Of a DNA stretch of 64,000 bases, positions 13,211-26,631 are shown one piece after another. Source of the stretch: the human T2T-CHM13v2.0 reference genome, Homo sapiens; assembly GCF_009914755.1 (NCBI RefSeq), contig NC_060944.1; one strand, given 5' to 3'. The notes below the pieces were generated by a model. That model ran no database searches and was not told where the DNA came from. It saw only the letters and a list, made by a program, of their open reading frames with translations. A program made the position numbers and the translations under genes. Each line of letters opens with the position of its first letter. Position 1 is the first letter of the stretch.

Positions 13211-14660
13211 GGTTGCAGTTCGCAATAGGAAGGTCCTTTCTTTATTTGGGTAGCCTTAGCCTCGCTGGACCTCAGTTTCCTCATCTGTAAAATGGGGATA
13301 ATTATAATACCTGCATAGCAGAGGTATTGTGGATTAAATGAGAGCTTTTGTATAAAGTACTTAGGACAGTGCCTGGCAGTTCGTAAGTGCTGTTTTAAGA
13401 GTTCGCCACATTCAGCCAGAGTGGACAGTAGACTGACCGATTTTTAGAAAGCCCAAATTCCCTGTGTTTAACCAGCTCTAAAACATCTCAGGAACCTAAG
13501 CAGCCTCTCTTGTACCTCAGGTGTTTCTGTCCTGTGAAAAAGGAATGAATTTGCTGGCCGCCTATGGAGTTCCCACAGTTGCGCTGCTTAGTGTTTGCTA
13601 AGCCCTCAGAGCCCTGCGGAAATGCAGGCTGCTACAAATGCTATTACCAGAATCCACATTCCCCAGAGCTCTTTGGAGATTTGGGAAGCTTGGGTTTGTT
13701 TGGACTTTTCATGACTCGACTCTGGTCATCGTTAGGGCGTTTGATGATCTTAGACGGAATCTGCCTTTCACCTCTGTGGCCTGCTGGGCCCTTCTGGGCG
13801 TGTTACAGGAAGGGAATGCATCATTGCTCCTATCTGCCTAGTCAGCTTTTGTAACAAGCTCTTGATATGATGATTTTGTGCTTGGGTAAGCTTTTCAGAC
13901 CTTCTGCGGCTCTTTGCTGCAGAAGGTGGAGGTACTGGGACAATCAAATCAAGCCATCAGCTGTTGACAGTGGGCCTGGCAAGGTCTCACGGTGCAGAAG
14001 ACACTGAGCTGTCTCACGCTGGCTTGCAGTTTGGTATGTGGGATCCGGTGTGCCTGGGATGAGAGCACACTCGCAACCCAAGAGGGTCTGAAACCCTAAG
14101 CACTCTTCGAGGGTCTTGAGAATAAGTACTGACCTCAGGATCTGGGTCCCTTTCCCAGTGGGGGTTAGAGTCTCAGTGGCCTTGGTTGTCCTCCTCCAGT
14201 GCCTGTTTATATTTGAACTTCTTCCTCCTCTGGACCTCACCCATTGGATCCCTGCAGGATTGCTGGACCCTCTGCCAAGACTGGCCATCAGCGGGAGGGC
14301 TGCTTCCCTCCCTACTTCTAAGCTCAAAGCCCTAGGAGGTCTTGCCCGTGGAGACGAGGTACATGGCTTTGTGTTTTATTGCCATTTATTGTTCTTGTTA
14401 TTTTAACATTTATGGAGCACGTTTTAGCTGTGAACTCATTTCTTGAGCATCACTGCGGTCAAAATCTCCCCAGGGTGCAGGGCCAAGGGTTACTTTGATT
14501 CTTTTTTTGGCTGTTGCCCTATTTACTTTATTAAAAATATCATTGTGCGAGGGGCTCCCTTTGTTCTAAGAACTTTTCTGGACATGACCCTGGGTCCACC
14601 CTAAGCCCCTGATTACCATCATTTGAACATGAGCCTGGGTATGAGTAAGGCCATATAGGC

Positions 14661-14851
14661 CAGCGGTCAGCAAACATTTTCTGTAAAGGACCATGTCATA
14701 AATATTTTTGGCTTTGGGGGCCTCTGCTGTAACTACTCAACTCTGCTCTTATCACATAAAAGCCGCCATAGACAGTATATAACTGAATAAAACTTTATAT
14801 ACAAAACCAGACAGCAGCCAGAATTTGGCCCATGGGCCATAGTTTACTGAC
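14661..14851 (-). mobile_element. MER58A (hAT-Charlie MITE)
   Basis: cagcggtcagcaaacattttctgtaaagg...aataaaactttat. Confidence 0.8.
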
Positions 14852-14991
14852 TGCCCCCTCCCCACCCACCCAACGTAGATGATGGGGCTTTGTTCTACGA
14901 ACTCCCTTTTAGTTCTTCCATAGATCTAAAGAGTCAGTTCTTCTTACTGCAGTTTTGGCCTGTTTCTACTTCTTTGTTTGATCCCCTAGAG

Positions 14992-15212
14992 CGTGAGTTG
15001 GCAAACTGAGGCCAACAGCTCAAACCTGGCCAGTTGCCTGTTTTGTAAATAAAGTTTTATTGGAAAGCAGCCACACCCATTCATTCTGTGTTATCTATGG
15101 CTGCTTTCCCACTACAACAGCAGAGCTGAGAAGTGGCGTCAGAGACCTCTTGGCCCCCAAAGCCTAAAATATTTCCCATCTAGCTCTTCACAGAAAAGCT
15201 TGCTGACCTCTA
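14992..15212 (+). mobile_element. MER58A
   Basis: ttggcaaact...tgtaaataaagttttattgga...aaagcctaaaatattt. Confidence 0.85.
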
Positions 15213-15855
15213 CTCTAAAGAGTTGAGGAATGGCTGGCTGAGAAGCAGACTTTTTTTTGCATGTACATGAAGAGCATTACTAACCCTCCCAAACTCATCT
15301 TAGAACTTTTCTCCCAGGTTCTCTTGTCTAGTCTTTCAAATATTTTAGATGTTATTCTCTGGAATCTAAGTTTTTTTTTTTTTCCAAAGTTCCAGACCAC
15401 TGTTTTTAAACAACTTTGGACTGTGATCCTCATAAAGGACATATTTTATATGTCACCCCTGTAATGACATACAATAAACTGCATACACACAGATGTCCCC
15501 ACCACACACACAAACCACACAAAACACATACAGAAATGAAAGTTTTAAGAAACAATGCTTGCCTTACTATATGTGATAAGCTCTCGTATTTTCTATGAAC
15601 ACCAGTCAGGATCAGCTTGATGATGCTGTGGTAACAAGTAACCCCAAATCTGAGTGCCTTAAATCAACAGACATTTATTTATTGCTCCTGCTCCACGTTT
15701 GCCCTGGATCACTGGGGATCCTGAAGGAGCAGAACATCACACACTGATCTCCAAGTGTCTGACAAGAGTGGTACTCACCATTTCTTTGAATATTTCTTTG
15801 GTCAAAGCAGCTCACATGACCATAACTTTCAATAGAGTGAAGAAGTGCAGCCCTA

Positions 15856-16238
<383 letters not shown>

Positions 16239-16259
16239 TACTACCATATTAGTCTATCC

Positions 16260-16482
16260 CAGGAGTTGGCAAACTTTTTCTGGAAAGGGCCAAATGCTAA
16301 CTATTTTTGGCTTTGCGGGCCATACCATCTCTGTCACAACTATTCAGTGCAGCAGTTGTCACGTAAAAACAGTCAGAGACAACATGTAAACAAATGGGCT
16401 TATCTGTGTTCCAGTAAAACATTATTTATAAAAGCAGGCGGTGGGCTGGGTTTGGCTCATAGGCTGTGGGTTGCCAACCCTG
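16260..16482 (-). mobile_element. MER58A; other copies at about 23915-24140 (-) and 28690-28891 (+)
   Basis: caggagttggcaaactttt...ttgccaaccctg terminal inverted repeats. Confidence 0.85.
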
Positions 16483-18609
16483 GTCTACTCTATTTCTTTT
16501 TTGAAAAACACTGGTCACAGCTCACTAAACTGATTTTATTAACCCATCTATGGGTGAGACTCTATAGTTTGAAAACCCCAAGTGACGATAAGCTGCATAA
16601 GATGAGGGACTAATATTTCTTATCAGCTGTATCCTCGGTGCCCAGTACAGGGTTAGTGCTGAGTAAACATTGTTGAAAGAAGCCACTGAAAATCCTCTCC
16701 AACTGTTTTTCTGGTGATAAATACTCTGTTCAAGATGCATACGTTATTGTGTTTCTCTCGTAAGGTTGCCTGGAAAAAAACAAAATAAAATAAAGCTGCA
16801 CACATTATTGTTTAATTCGTAAAAGGTTGACCCTACTTTCAAGGTAACTGTCAGTTCCAAACTTAGAGACACAAGTATTATGTTCACTTCTCTAAGAGCA
16901 CTGTTCTTCATTCAAGCTTGAGATGATCGCTCCATAAATGTAGTGTTGAAATCTATACTTGTGGAAACCCAGGTCATTGTATATCTGTTTTCTTCATATA
17001 TATTTATTATTTATTGTGTCAGGGAAAATACATGCACTATCTCATTTAATTTTCTCAAAAATTGCAGGAGGTGGGTGCTAATGTTATTCGCATTGTACAG
17101 ATGAGGAAACTGCAGCTCAGAGGAATATGCCCAGTGTCTTGGAGCTCAAGACTGGTAGAGATGGGATTGGAGCAGAGTCTCTGACTCCAGAATATGGGGT
17201 GTTTGATCATTTGGCTATGGTGTCTCTGGGACATGCCACCACATACCAAGACCTACTCAAGTGCAAGGTCTTTAAATGCTATTGGCAGTTGAGGCCATGT
17301 TTTAAGTCCTCTTAGAAAGACACTATATTGTGCTTCATAAGATGATACAAAACATACATGAGCCGGTTCCTTTTATGGGAAAATCTGAAGTTAACAGTGA
17401 GATTGGGGAGTGGGGAGGGTTTAACACTTTAACAGCTGTCCTGCTAAGTGTGAGAGTAAGTCAGGCCAAACCTAGTCTCACAGTCAAGACTTTCAGGTAA
17501 AAGTAATAGAGAACTCAAGTCAAACTGGTTCAGCAAGTAAAGAGAATTTAGGGGATCAAGGAACTGAGAGTCCAGGGTCAGAGCTCAGTTCAGGTATAGC
17601 TGGATCAGGGTTGCTGATGCAGTCAGGATTTCAGTTGTTTTCTGACTCTTGACTTGTTTTGTTCTTCTCCACGTTTTGGGTTTAACCTCAGCCTGCACAT
17701 GGAGCTAGATGGTGGGGTAACTGAGCCACACCCTCTAAGGCACATAGTAGGTGCTCACCAAATATTTATTGAATGGATGGACTGCTCAAGATTGGCTTAA
17801 AAGCTTGATACTTTTATGTAGCTGTTAGGTTGGTATGCATTTTAAGATTTGTGTGTATCTGTCTGTGTGTAGCCCAGAGGTTAAGAGTGGAAGCACATTG
17901 CTTTGGTTGCAACCCTTGGCTGTGCCACTTACCCACTGTGTGACTTTTGGCAAGGGTCCCAACCCCAGTTCTGCACCTGCAACTGCCCTATGAAGTAGGT
18001 AGTATCATTTTGCATCTATGATGCACAAGGATAGCATGACACAAAGAGGCTGAGGTGCTTGCACAAGGTGATTTATGGAGCTGGGTGTGCACCTTGGCAT
18101 TCTGGTTCCATAGCCTGTGTTTTTCTCCACTGTGCATGCAAAGTGCTCAACACAGTGCCTGGCACAGAGTAAGCTCCCAGTAATCAAAAGAGCCATCAAT
18201 CCAGGCTCGTTTAAAGGTGGTGGTGGACAGGGCAAGGGTTTCTCCCAGGATAACATGTAGTGAAGCATGGAGTTGAGTGATATAAAAAATAATCACTTTC
18301 CTAGAGTCTGGGAGAACTGAATTATTATTTCCCAGCTGCCACTAATCTGCAGGGGGACCTTGCAGCGATGTTCCCCTCTCAGACAGAGACTCAATTTTCA
18401 CAACCATAAAATAATCTAAGGAGTCTCAAGTACCCTTCTAGCCCTGATATTCTAAGAGTCTGTGACTTGATGATGCCTGTGAGTTTGGAGGTCTCATGGC
18501 TGGGCACTGAGTTTCCAAGATTGCACATGGTTTGGGGTGCTGGAGCTGTGGGGAAATCATGAGGAGTCACTCTGCAGCATCTGTTCCCTGCTCCTCCTTC
18601 TGGGTGCTC

Positions 18610-19572
18610 CTCCACCAAGGGGCAGGAAAGCCCAAACTCCCTTGCAGCTAGGTTTCTAGGAGTAATGGAACATTAAGCAGGCACATGCGCTTCCTTGAAA
18701 TTCAGAAGGCGGAGGTCGTACTCAAATTGCCTCTGCCGTGTTGGTTGTTTCTGTCACTGTGCAGAGTCTGGAGTAGTTTGGCTTGCTGCACAGCTTTAGC
18801 AGAGGCCCCAGCGAGCAGGCACTAGCTTTATGTGTGTTGAGAGGCATGGTGTCTTTGTGTGGGTTCCCAAGAAGCTGACCTCAAGATCAGGGCTCCAGTG
18901 CCAATAGTTCATTTAAGAGGTGACTCCAAGAAACACCAGAATGGGAATAAAGAAGGAAGGCATGAAGCGAAGGAAAGTAACAGAGGGTGTGTGATCCAGC
19001 AGGTTACTCCCTGAGCATCTAAGGCTACACCCTGATGGGAAAGGGCTTATAACACGTGCCGCTGAGTAATCCCTCCTTAGGGGTGAGGGAGCTGGGGTCT
19101 TTATACCCCACATATGCCAGAAAGAGCCTTCAGGTAAAACATTGCACTTGCTGCCGTTTGGAAGTTGGATGGTTTTCATGGAAATGGTATTTGCCGAAGG
19201 GATTTAGGCAAGGTAGTGACAGCATCAGCCACACAGGGCACAGGGCATCCTTGTTGCTTGTAAGGATTCTGGCAAGTGTGATAAGGTCATGAGGCTGGCA
19301 CATTAGTGGAATGGTTTCCTGATAGAGATATCCACAAGGTGCCTATCATGGAGGGATTTTTTCTGTAACCAGCAGCTTTCTGGTCACAGCACATGTAGCA
19401 GTAACCAGTTGTCTGGTGTCGCTTTGGCATTCCCTAAAGCTTATCCTAGCGTCTGTGCCCCCAACCTCCCCAGAAATTCTCTAAGTCGTTTGCTAGCCTG
19501 AATTAACCCCTTCCTGCTTAAGCTAGCTGTAGTGGGTTCTACCCTCTGCAACTAAACTCTGGTTGATACCAG
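18610..19572 (+). mobile_element. LTR33-like ERVL LTR carrying a nested reverse LTR16-like LTR (about 18850-19235)
   Basis: 3' end cctgcttaagctagctgtagtgggttct...tgcaactaa...gatac; insert begins tgtctt...gggttcccaagaagctgacc. Confidence 0.6.
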
Positions 19573-20029
19573 TTATAACCTACATCCTGGGTCTGCTGGA
19601 CAAGCAGAAGAGTGCCAGTCACTGAGGATTAGAACAAAGTTCCCACAACAGCCCTGAAGGGCAACCGGGCTATGCACTTCTACATCATGGGCCACCAGGG
19701 AGCTGAGTAATAAAACCACTCTCAGGCATCAGAGGACTCAGATTCTTGTCCCAGCTCCCCCACTAACCTGCTGTGGGACCTTATACAGGTAATTTTCATC
19801 ATCTGAACTTCAAGTGACTAATCTGTGGCCCAGGCAGGAGAGGATGGGGGCGAGAGTGTGGATTTCAGGATCAGATGGGCCAAGTTCAACCTCTCAGAGC
19901 CTAAGTTCCTTCATTTGTGAAACAGGGATAACAGGGTTCCCAGAGAAATATTCAGAAGCATCAGAGCCTCTCTGAAGAATTCTGCCACCTCCTGACATTG
20001 TCAGTTTCCCTCTCTCCCTCTTCCTTCCT

Positions 20030-20480
20030 CTCTCTTAACAAATATTTATTATGCTCCTACTTATACCAGGCATGACTATTGGTGTTGAAAGCCCACAAGT
20101 CTCTCTTTCTGTGAATCATAGTTTCTGGAGGGTAGAGACAGACAAGAAACAGACAAAGGCACGTGTGTAATGAATGTGTCCGGGGGTGAGAAATGCAATG
20201 GAGAAGAACTCCGCCGAGCAATGGGGCAGGAGTAGTGAGGGACCCTCCTTAAGGTAGGGTGGTCAGGGAGGTCTCTCTGGCAGAGGCCTGAGAGGGGCAG
20301 GGAGAGCCGTGGGCATGTCTGAAAGGAGAGCATGCTTGGTGGGGGATGGGGCTTGAGGGACCACCACTAGGAGGCCAGTGTGAGAGATGGAGGGTGGCGG
20401 GATCTGAGCTCCAGAAGTCAGGGGCGGGATCAGACAGGGCCTCATGGGTTGCGCTTGGCTCTTTAGATTTTACTCTGAGC
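20030..20480 (-). mobile_element. L2 3' fragment; other L2 pieces at about 21950-22430 (+), 31430-32480 (-), 35450-35800 (-), 39930-40330 (-), 46430-47010 (-) and 61410-62240
   Basis: aacaaatatttatt..., agggaggtctctct, ggcagagggaacagc and gcacatagta...caataaatatttg L2 hallmarks. Confidence 0.7.
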
Positions 20481-23221
20481 AAGCCAGAAGCTGGCCTCAT
20501 TTAACCTCCTTTTAGAAATCGGTGTGATGAATCAATAGCTTTGGCCATTTGTTCATCAGTCATTCATTCATTCAACAAGGATTTGTTGAGCACCTCCTTT
20601 GTGCAGCTCTGTGCTTTTCTAGTTCCTCTGCTGAACAGTGAAGGGCAGAGCAAGCACCCACCGGAATAAGGAGGGAGTTGGGCATTTTGCTAGAGCTCCT
20701 GTTTGGTCCAGAGGCCGCACACAATGGAAAAGTAAAGCCTGGTCCCCTCCGCAGGCCACCCCGCACCTGGAGGCATCACCTGGAGCTCTTCCTGGCAGGC
20801 TGAGGCCTGCGAGTTCAGCCCCACTGGCTTCCCCGGGGCAGGGGTTGCCCACGCTTGCTGAAATAAGAACCTCATACCAGATCAGCCCCGCATCCCAAGC
20901 AGGGCACCCTAAGGATGCTTTTATGTAAGAGGTTGCATTCCCAATTATCTTAAGATGCAAAGTGAAGGTGTTTTGCCCAGGGAAACTCTCTATCAGGAGT
21001 CGTTGCACATCTAAACACATGAAAAATGAGACTTCCTGAAACATTCCTATTTCACCCTGTGACAGTTTTGCACAGCTCATAGAGTTCAATTTTCAAATGT
21101 CATCCCACTCTGAGAGACCCAATATTTGAAGTCGTGGAAATCTATCTTTAAAAATACTTTTAACAGCATTATTCCTAATATTAAAACTTGGAAAACACGA
21201 AAGGGAGATACTTGAGTTGTGATCATAGCAAATGTTCCTATAATATTTAGTGTGTGTCACTGATGCTTTACATATTCTAATTCGTTTCATCTTCATGACT
21301 ACCCTCTGAGGCAGATGTACTGTTAACCCCACTTTACACATGGGGATGCTGGGGTCTGAGGGCTTGAGAACTCCGCGGGTTAACCCAAGAGTTATGGGAC
21401 CTGGTTATGGAACCTCAGTGCTAAGGAAAGTGACACCATCATAGGTAGTGTTAGAACAAAATCTTGGGGAATGGTTATGTTTTCCTGTTCGGTGGAAAGG
21501 AAGCATCAACATAGAAGATTAGGTAGGAGCTCATGTACACTAAAAATGAAAGTAGATTAGAATGAGCCGGGTTGGAAGTGGGAGAAATGTCCCCAAACAC
21601 AGGTTTAGAGTTGGCCTTGAGAACATCAGCGGTATGGACAGATGTACGGACACTGGGGCCTGATAATTCTTCCTTATGGCGCTGTCCTGTGCCTTGTAGG
21701 ATGGTTAGCAGTATCCCTGGCCTCTCCCTCCCCAGTTCCTCTCCCTCCCCAGTTATGACAACCAGAAGTGTCTCTGGACATTGCCAACTGTCCACTGGGA
21801 AGTAAAATCACTGCCATTCAGAACCACCAGCACAGATGCTAAGATCATGGGTGGCATTTTTCTTTCCTTTTTCTTTTCTGTGGTTTCCAACTTTCCTTGA
21901 ATAGGCATAGATCGCGTGAATAAGTAGGAGCAAAGGAGCTCTCGTTGGGATGACCATGCCACTCTCCTGTTCAGAACCTTCCAGCAAATTCCCAATACAC
22001 TTAGCTTCCCCAGGGCCTACAAGGCCCTGTGTGAGCTGGCCCTTGGCTACTTCTTGGACATGTTCTTCTCTCCCTGTGACCCTTTCTCATCATGTTCCAA
22101 CCACACGATTCTTCTTTCTGACATTCAGACACATCCAGCTCATTTCCATCCCAGGGCCTTTGCATGTGCTGCTCTGTCCTGTTGCTCTTTCCTACCTCCT
22201 CTTCACATCACTTGCTCATCCACTTCAGGGGTCTGCTCAAATATCACCTCCTCCGAGAGGCCTTCCCTGATCACCCTGTCATGAATATTTAAGCGCCTCC
22301 TGTTTATTGTAGGTCACCCCTACTAGAGCATCATCTCCAGGGGGACTGAGACATTGTTTAATTTGCTGTTCCATGCCTCACTCCTAGAACAACGATCGGC
22401 ACATAGTAAAAGTTCAATAAATATTTGTGGAAGAAGGGAAACAGACAGGGAGGAAGGAAGGGGGGCAAATAAGAAAAATAAAATCGGTAAATTTAGGAGC
22501 TTACAGTAAAGAAGCAATGTCTCAACCCACACAGCTGTGTTTCTCTCTAAATTCCAACTCATTTTGACTTGTGGTTTGTGGACAAAAGATTTGCGTAGCA
22601 CGCAGTCTCCTGGCAGCTCGCTCTCTTTGAGGGAACACACTAATACAGTTTTTATGCCACCTCTCTCCACAAATACCATGCCGATGAGTGGCCAGTGTCA
22701 AAACAGCAGCAACAACATAAACAGATGCTCCTTCCTTTCAGCCGAGCAAGTGAAGAAACCCTGTGCGTCATTCCTCAAACACCAGGAGATGCCACCGATA
22801 GCCACCTCTCCTCACAGTTTCGTTCTGCTCGAGACTGTGAGTTCATGTCAATCCTGAGCTGCGTCCCCAGGGAAATAGGTTCTGCTAACAGTCAGTTCTT
22901 ACTACGAGGCATTCTCAGAGCCAAGGGGAAGCTGGGTTGGTGGTCTGCAGCTGAAAATCTTTGGCAGAAAATTTACTCAAGGTTTTTCATGTGTGTCATT
23001 TGCCTTGATTTTGGGAGTAGGGAAGAAGCACTATCAGTATCTTTGGCCATTCGTAAGGTCAAAATGGATGTCGGCACGTCCTGCAGGCCTTTTCTCAGCC
23101 TGAGTTGATTTCCTGGTGCTTGATGGGTGAGCAGAGGAAGGCAGGTTTTCATTCTCTTCTCTCTTCTTTTTCATTCTTTTGCTGCATTATTCATTTCCTT
23201 CCACACTCGTTCATGCAGTCA

Positions 23222-23385
23222 TTTTTTTTTTTTTTGAGATGGAGTTTCACTCTTGTTGCCCAGGCTGGAGTGTAATGGCGCGATCTCGGCTCACCGCAGC
23301 CTCCGCCTCCTGGGTTCAAGCAATTCCCCTGCCTCAGCCTGTAGCTGGGATTACAGGCGTGAGCCACCAGGCCCACCGGGCCCAG
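23222..23385 (-). mobile_element. Monomer-length Alu (right arm joined to an Alu 5' end)
   Basis: Right-arm sequence runs directly into gctgggattacaggcgtgagccacc. Confidence 0.85.
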
Positions 23386-24409
23386 CTGTCATTATTTATT
23401 TAATGAGCACCTACTGTGTGTCAGCCAGGCCTCACACCTGGCACTTAGAGAATCTGAATAAATATAAGGACCACTTTTATACTCAAGAACAAAGGCCACC
23501 TCACCAGAAACCTCTACACACTTTGGGGTTCAGGTTTCTTGTGACTTTCTTTTCCTTTTTTGGTTTCATTTTTAATTACAAAAGTAATTAACATGCTTAT
23601 CATAGAGCAATAAAATGATGCTGAAGTATATAAAGTAAAAATAGATCTTTTCTGACATAACCCCTGTTAATTGTTGGGTATATACCCTTGCAGACATGTT
23701 TTAATAAATATAAAAATCATCCACAAATTCATAGAGTTTTCTTTTTACAAAAAGAGGATCAGATTTTACACACCACAATTTGCTAGTCTCCACTTTCATA
23801 ATCTCGACATTTTTTCACTGTTAGTACATCTAGATCTTATCTGCTTTGTTACTAATAGTAGTTCATGTTGCTTATATGTTACAATCTTAATCTTTCCTAT
23901 GTTGATCACTGAGTACAGGCATTGGCAAACTTTTTCTGTAAAGGGCCAGATAGTAAATATTTATAGCTTTGCAGGCCATGCAATCTCCATTTCAACTACT
24001 CAGTTCTGTCATCATAACATGAAAGCAGCCCTAGACAATATGTAAGCAAAGTGGGTGTGTCTGTGTTCCAATAAAACTTTATTTACAAAATCAGGAAGTG
24101 CACCAGATTTGGCCTTCAGGCTATAACTTGCCAACCCCTGACCTTTTTGTCTTCCACATTTTTCTTCATACTTTTGTGTTCCTAAACAGATGTATTCAGG
24201 TTTGGTGTTTAGTTTGGTTTAGGTTTTTTGTGGGAGCAGGTGGCAGGAAGAATCACTGATTGTTTTTTAAAAATAATACATTACACCTGCTTAGCATCTG
24301 ATTTTTTGCCCATCAGTGATATTCATGGAATTGCTTCCAAAGCAATGGGTATAACCCCTACTTATTGTTTTTAACAGCTGCATAAAATTCCATCGAATGG
24401 ATAGAGGAT

Positions 24410-24826
24410 CTGTATTGGTTAAGGTAATGTCAGCTGCTGTAACAAATAAACCCTATATTCTCAGGGCTTAACACAGTCACAATGGATCTCTCACCTAAGG
24501 ACCAGTAACAGTGTTCCTGGTAGATGGGTGTCCTCCATGTGGTCAACCAAGGGCCCAGGTCCTTTCCATTGCATAGGTCTTTCTCCCTATAGTGTCTCAG
24601 AGGCAAGTCCAATCAGCAGGTAGATGAGAAAAGAGAGGGAAGGGTCTGGTATCCAAGGTCTTAATGGCCAGCCCTACACATTGCACACATCTCTTCTGCT
24701 CATGGTCCATTAGCCGGAACTCAGTCACTGGCTGGACCTAACTGCAAGGAGACTGAGAAATGCAGCGTAGATCTGTGTTCAGGAGGAAGAATATCTGGAT
24801 TTGGTGGGCACATAAGCATCCCTGCC
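24410..24826 (-). mobile_element. MLT1 (I/J-like) LTR
   Basis: gctgctgtaacaaataaaccc...ctaactgcaaggagactgagaaatg. Confidence 0.7.
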
Positions 24827-25143
24827 TGTATTAGTCTGTTCTCACACTGCTAATAAAGACATGCCTGAGACTGGATAACTTATAAAGAAAAAGAGGTTTA
24901 GTGGACTCACAGGCCTCAGAATCATGAAAGGCAAAAGGCATGTCTTACATGGCAGCAGGCAAAAGAGAGCATGTGCAGGGAAACTCTGCTTTATAAAACC
25001 ATCAGATCTTGTGAGACTTATTCACTATCACAAGAACAGCATGGGAAAAACCCAACCCTATGATTTAATTACCTCCCACTGGGTCCCTCCCATGATATGG
25101 GGTGGGAGAGATTTGGGTGGGGACACAGAGCCAAACCATATCA
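24827..25143 (-). mobile_element. THE1 (C/D-like) MaLR solo LTR
   Basis: tgtattagtctgttctcacactgctaataaagacat...gagccaaaccatatca. Confidence 0.88.
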
Positions 25144-25414
25144 CTTTCTCTAAAATTAAATGACTTACTTGAGGTAAAGCAGTTACAACAGGGCCTGGTA
25201 TGTAGGAAGCACTCAATAAATGCACCTCTGCTATTGCAAGCTTGTATTTTTTAAGTATTCTATGATACTGTCATGTCCTTGGGACCTCTGGTCAGCTCTT
25301 TACCCCTGCGGGTTACTGTACCCCTTCCTCCTTCTTTACTGCTTCTAATAGCCTATCAATGGCAAGCCTATCAATTATACACACTTGCTAAAATTTCACT
25401 CTAAAAACTAGTCA

Positions 25415-25608
25415 ATACCAGGCTGAATAAGATATCAGGAAGATGTCAGGTTCTTATCACGGGAAACTGTACATGTCACCTTATGTGGCAAAAATACTTT
25501 GCAGATGGGATTCAGTTAAGGATCTTGAGATGGGGGATTATCTTGGATTATCCAGGTTGGCCCCAAATGAGATCACAGTTGTTCTTATAGGAGAGAGGCA
25601 GAAGGAGA

Positions 25609-25658
<50 letters not shown>

Positions 25659-25932
25659 GAAGACAATGTGAAGACAGGACAGAGATTTGAAGATGGTGGC
25701 CTTGAAGCTTGGAGTGATGCAGCCACAAACCAAGGTTTGCTGGTGGACACCAGAGGCTGAAATGGATTCTCACCTGGAGCCTCTGGATGGAATATGGCCC
25801 TGTAGACACCTGGATTGTGGCCCAGCAATACTGAGTTTGGACTTCTGTCCTTCAGAACTGCAAGAGGATAAATTTCTGTTGTAAGCCACCAAGTTTGTGC
25901 TTCTTTCTTACAGCAGCCACAAGAAATGCATC
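25415..25932 (+). mobile_element. MLT1D-like LTR
   Basis: ctttgcagatg..ttaaggatcttgagatggg...aagccaccaagtttgtg...acagcagc. Confidence 0.8.
25612..25657 (+). repeat. (CA)23 microsatellite
   Basis: Perfect repeat, read directly. Confidence 0.97.
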
Positions 25933-26631
25933 CACTGAGGGTTCTAGGGCTCTCTTGTGAATAAAATGTATAAGCTTCTCAACTTGCAATTTGTCCCAAA
26001 CTACATTCCCTGCTCTCCCTACCAACTGCCTTCCCAGTGGTCATGAGCTCTATCATCCACTCAGAGTTCACTCTGAAAGCCTGGAAGACTTGCTGGCCTC
26101 TTCCCAATCCCTCCCCTGCTGTATCAAAGTTGATCGCTAAGACTTATCACCATGGCTCCAAAATAGCTCTTGATCCACTGGAACACTTTATTCTCACCAT
26201 CACACCCTCGCTTGCAGTGATGGCATTTTTTGCTTAAGCTAGAACTCGAGTCTGGTAAATGGGTTCAGCTGCGCCTGTGTCTCCCTCTCTGCCTCCTGCC
26301 ACGCTGCTGCCTGGGGACAGTTTTCCAAAGTTGTTCCTGTGCCCAGCATTCCCCACAGGCTCTCCTGCTCCTTTGAGAGAGAATCTAAACTTTAACCAAA
26401 CCTTGAAAATGCCCTCATTTCTCGCCAACTGAGCCATGATGGGGATGACTTAGGCAGGGAGACAAAATGAGCCTGGTTGCAATAAAGTTTGGTGATTTTT
26501 TAAATGAATCTGAGCTCACGTGTAATTATGAAAAAAAAACATGAACATGTTATATAGTTTTTCACTGATGGCTGGTATGAAGATAGTAGCATTATGGAAA
26601 TGAGAGACAACTTGTCCATGAGGAACCCTCA

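Noticed and set aside
13867-14007. Possible C/D-box snoRNA (ATGATGA ... CTGA)
   Set aside because: No terminal stem, no guide I can recognise, and long spacing; these motifs are expected by chance.
19690-19707. CTCF-like GCCACCAGGGGAGC
   Set aside because: One G short in the core, which puts the conserved GGC out of register.
23530-23538. Perfect MEF3/SIX site TCAGGTTTC (tempting SIX-EYA autoregulation)
   Set aside because: A single 9-mer is expected about 0.5 times by chance in 64 kb on both strands, and it has no supporting context.
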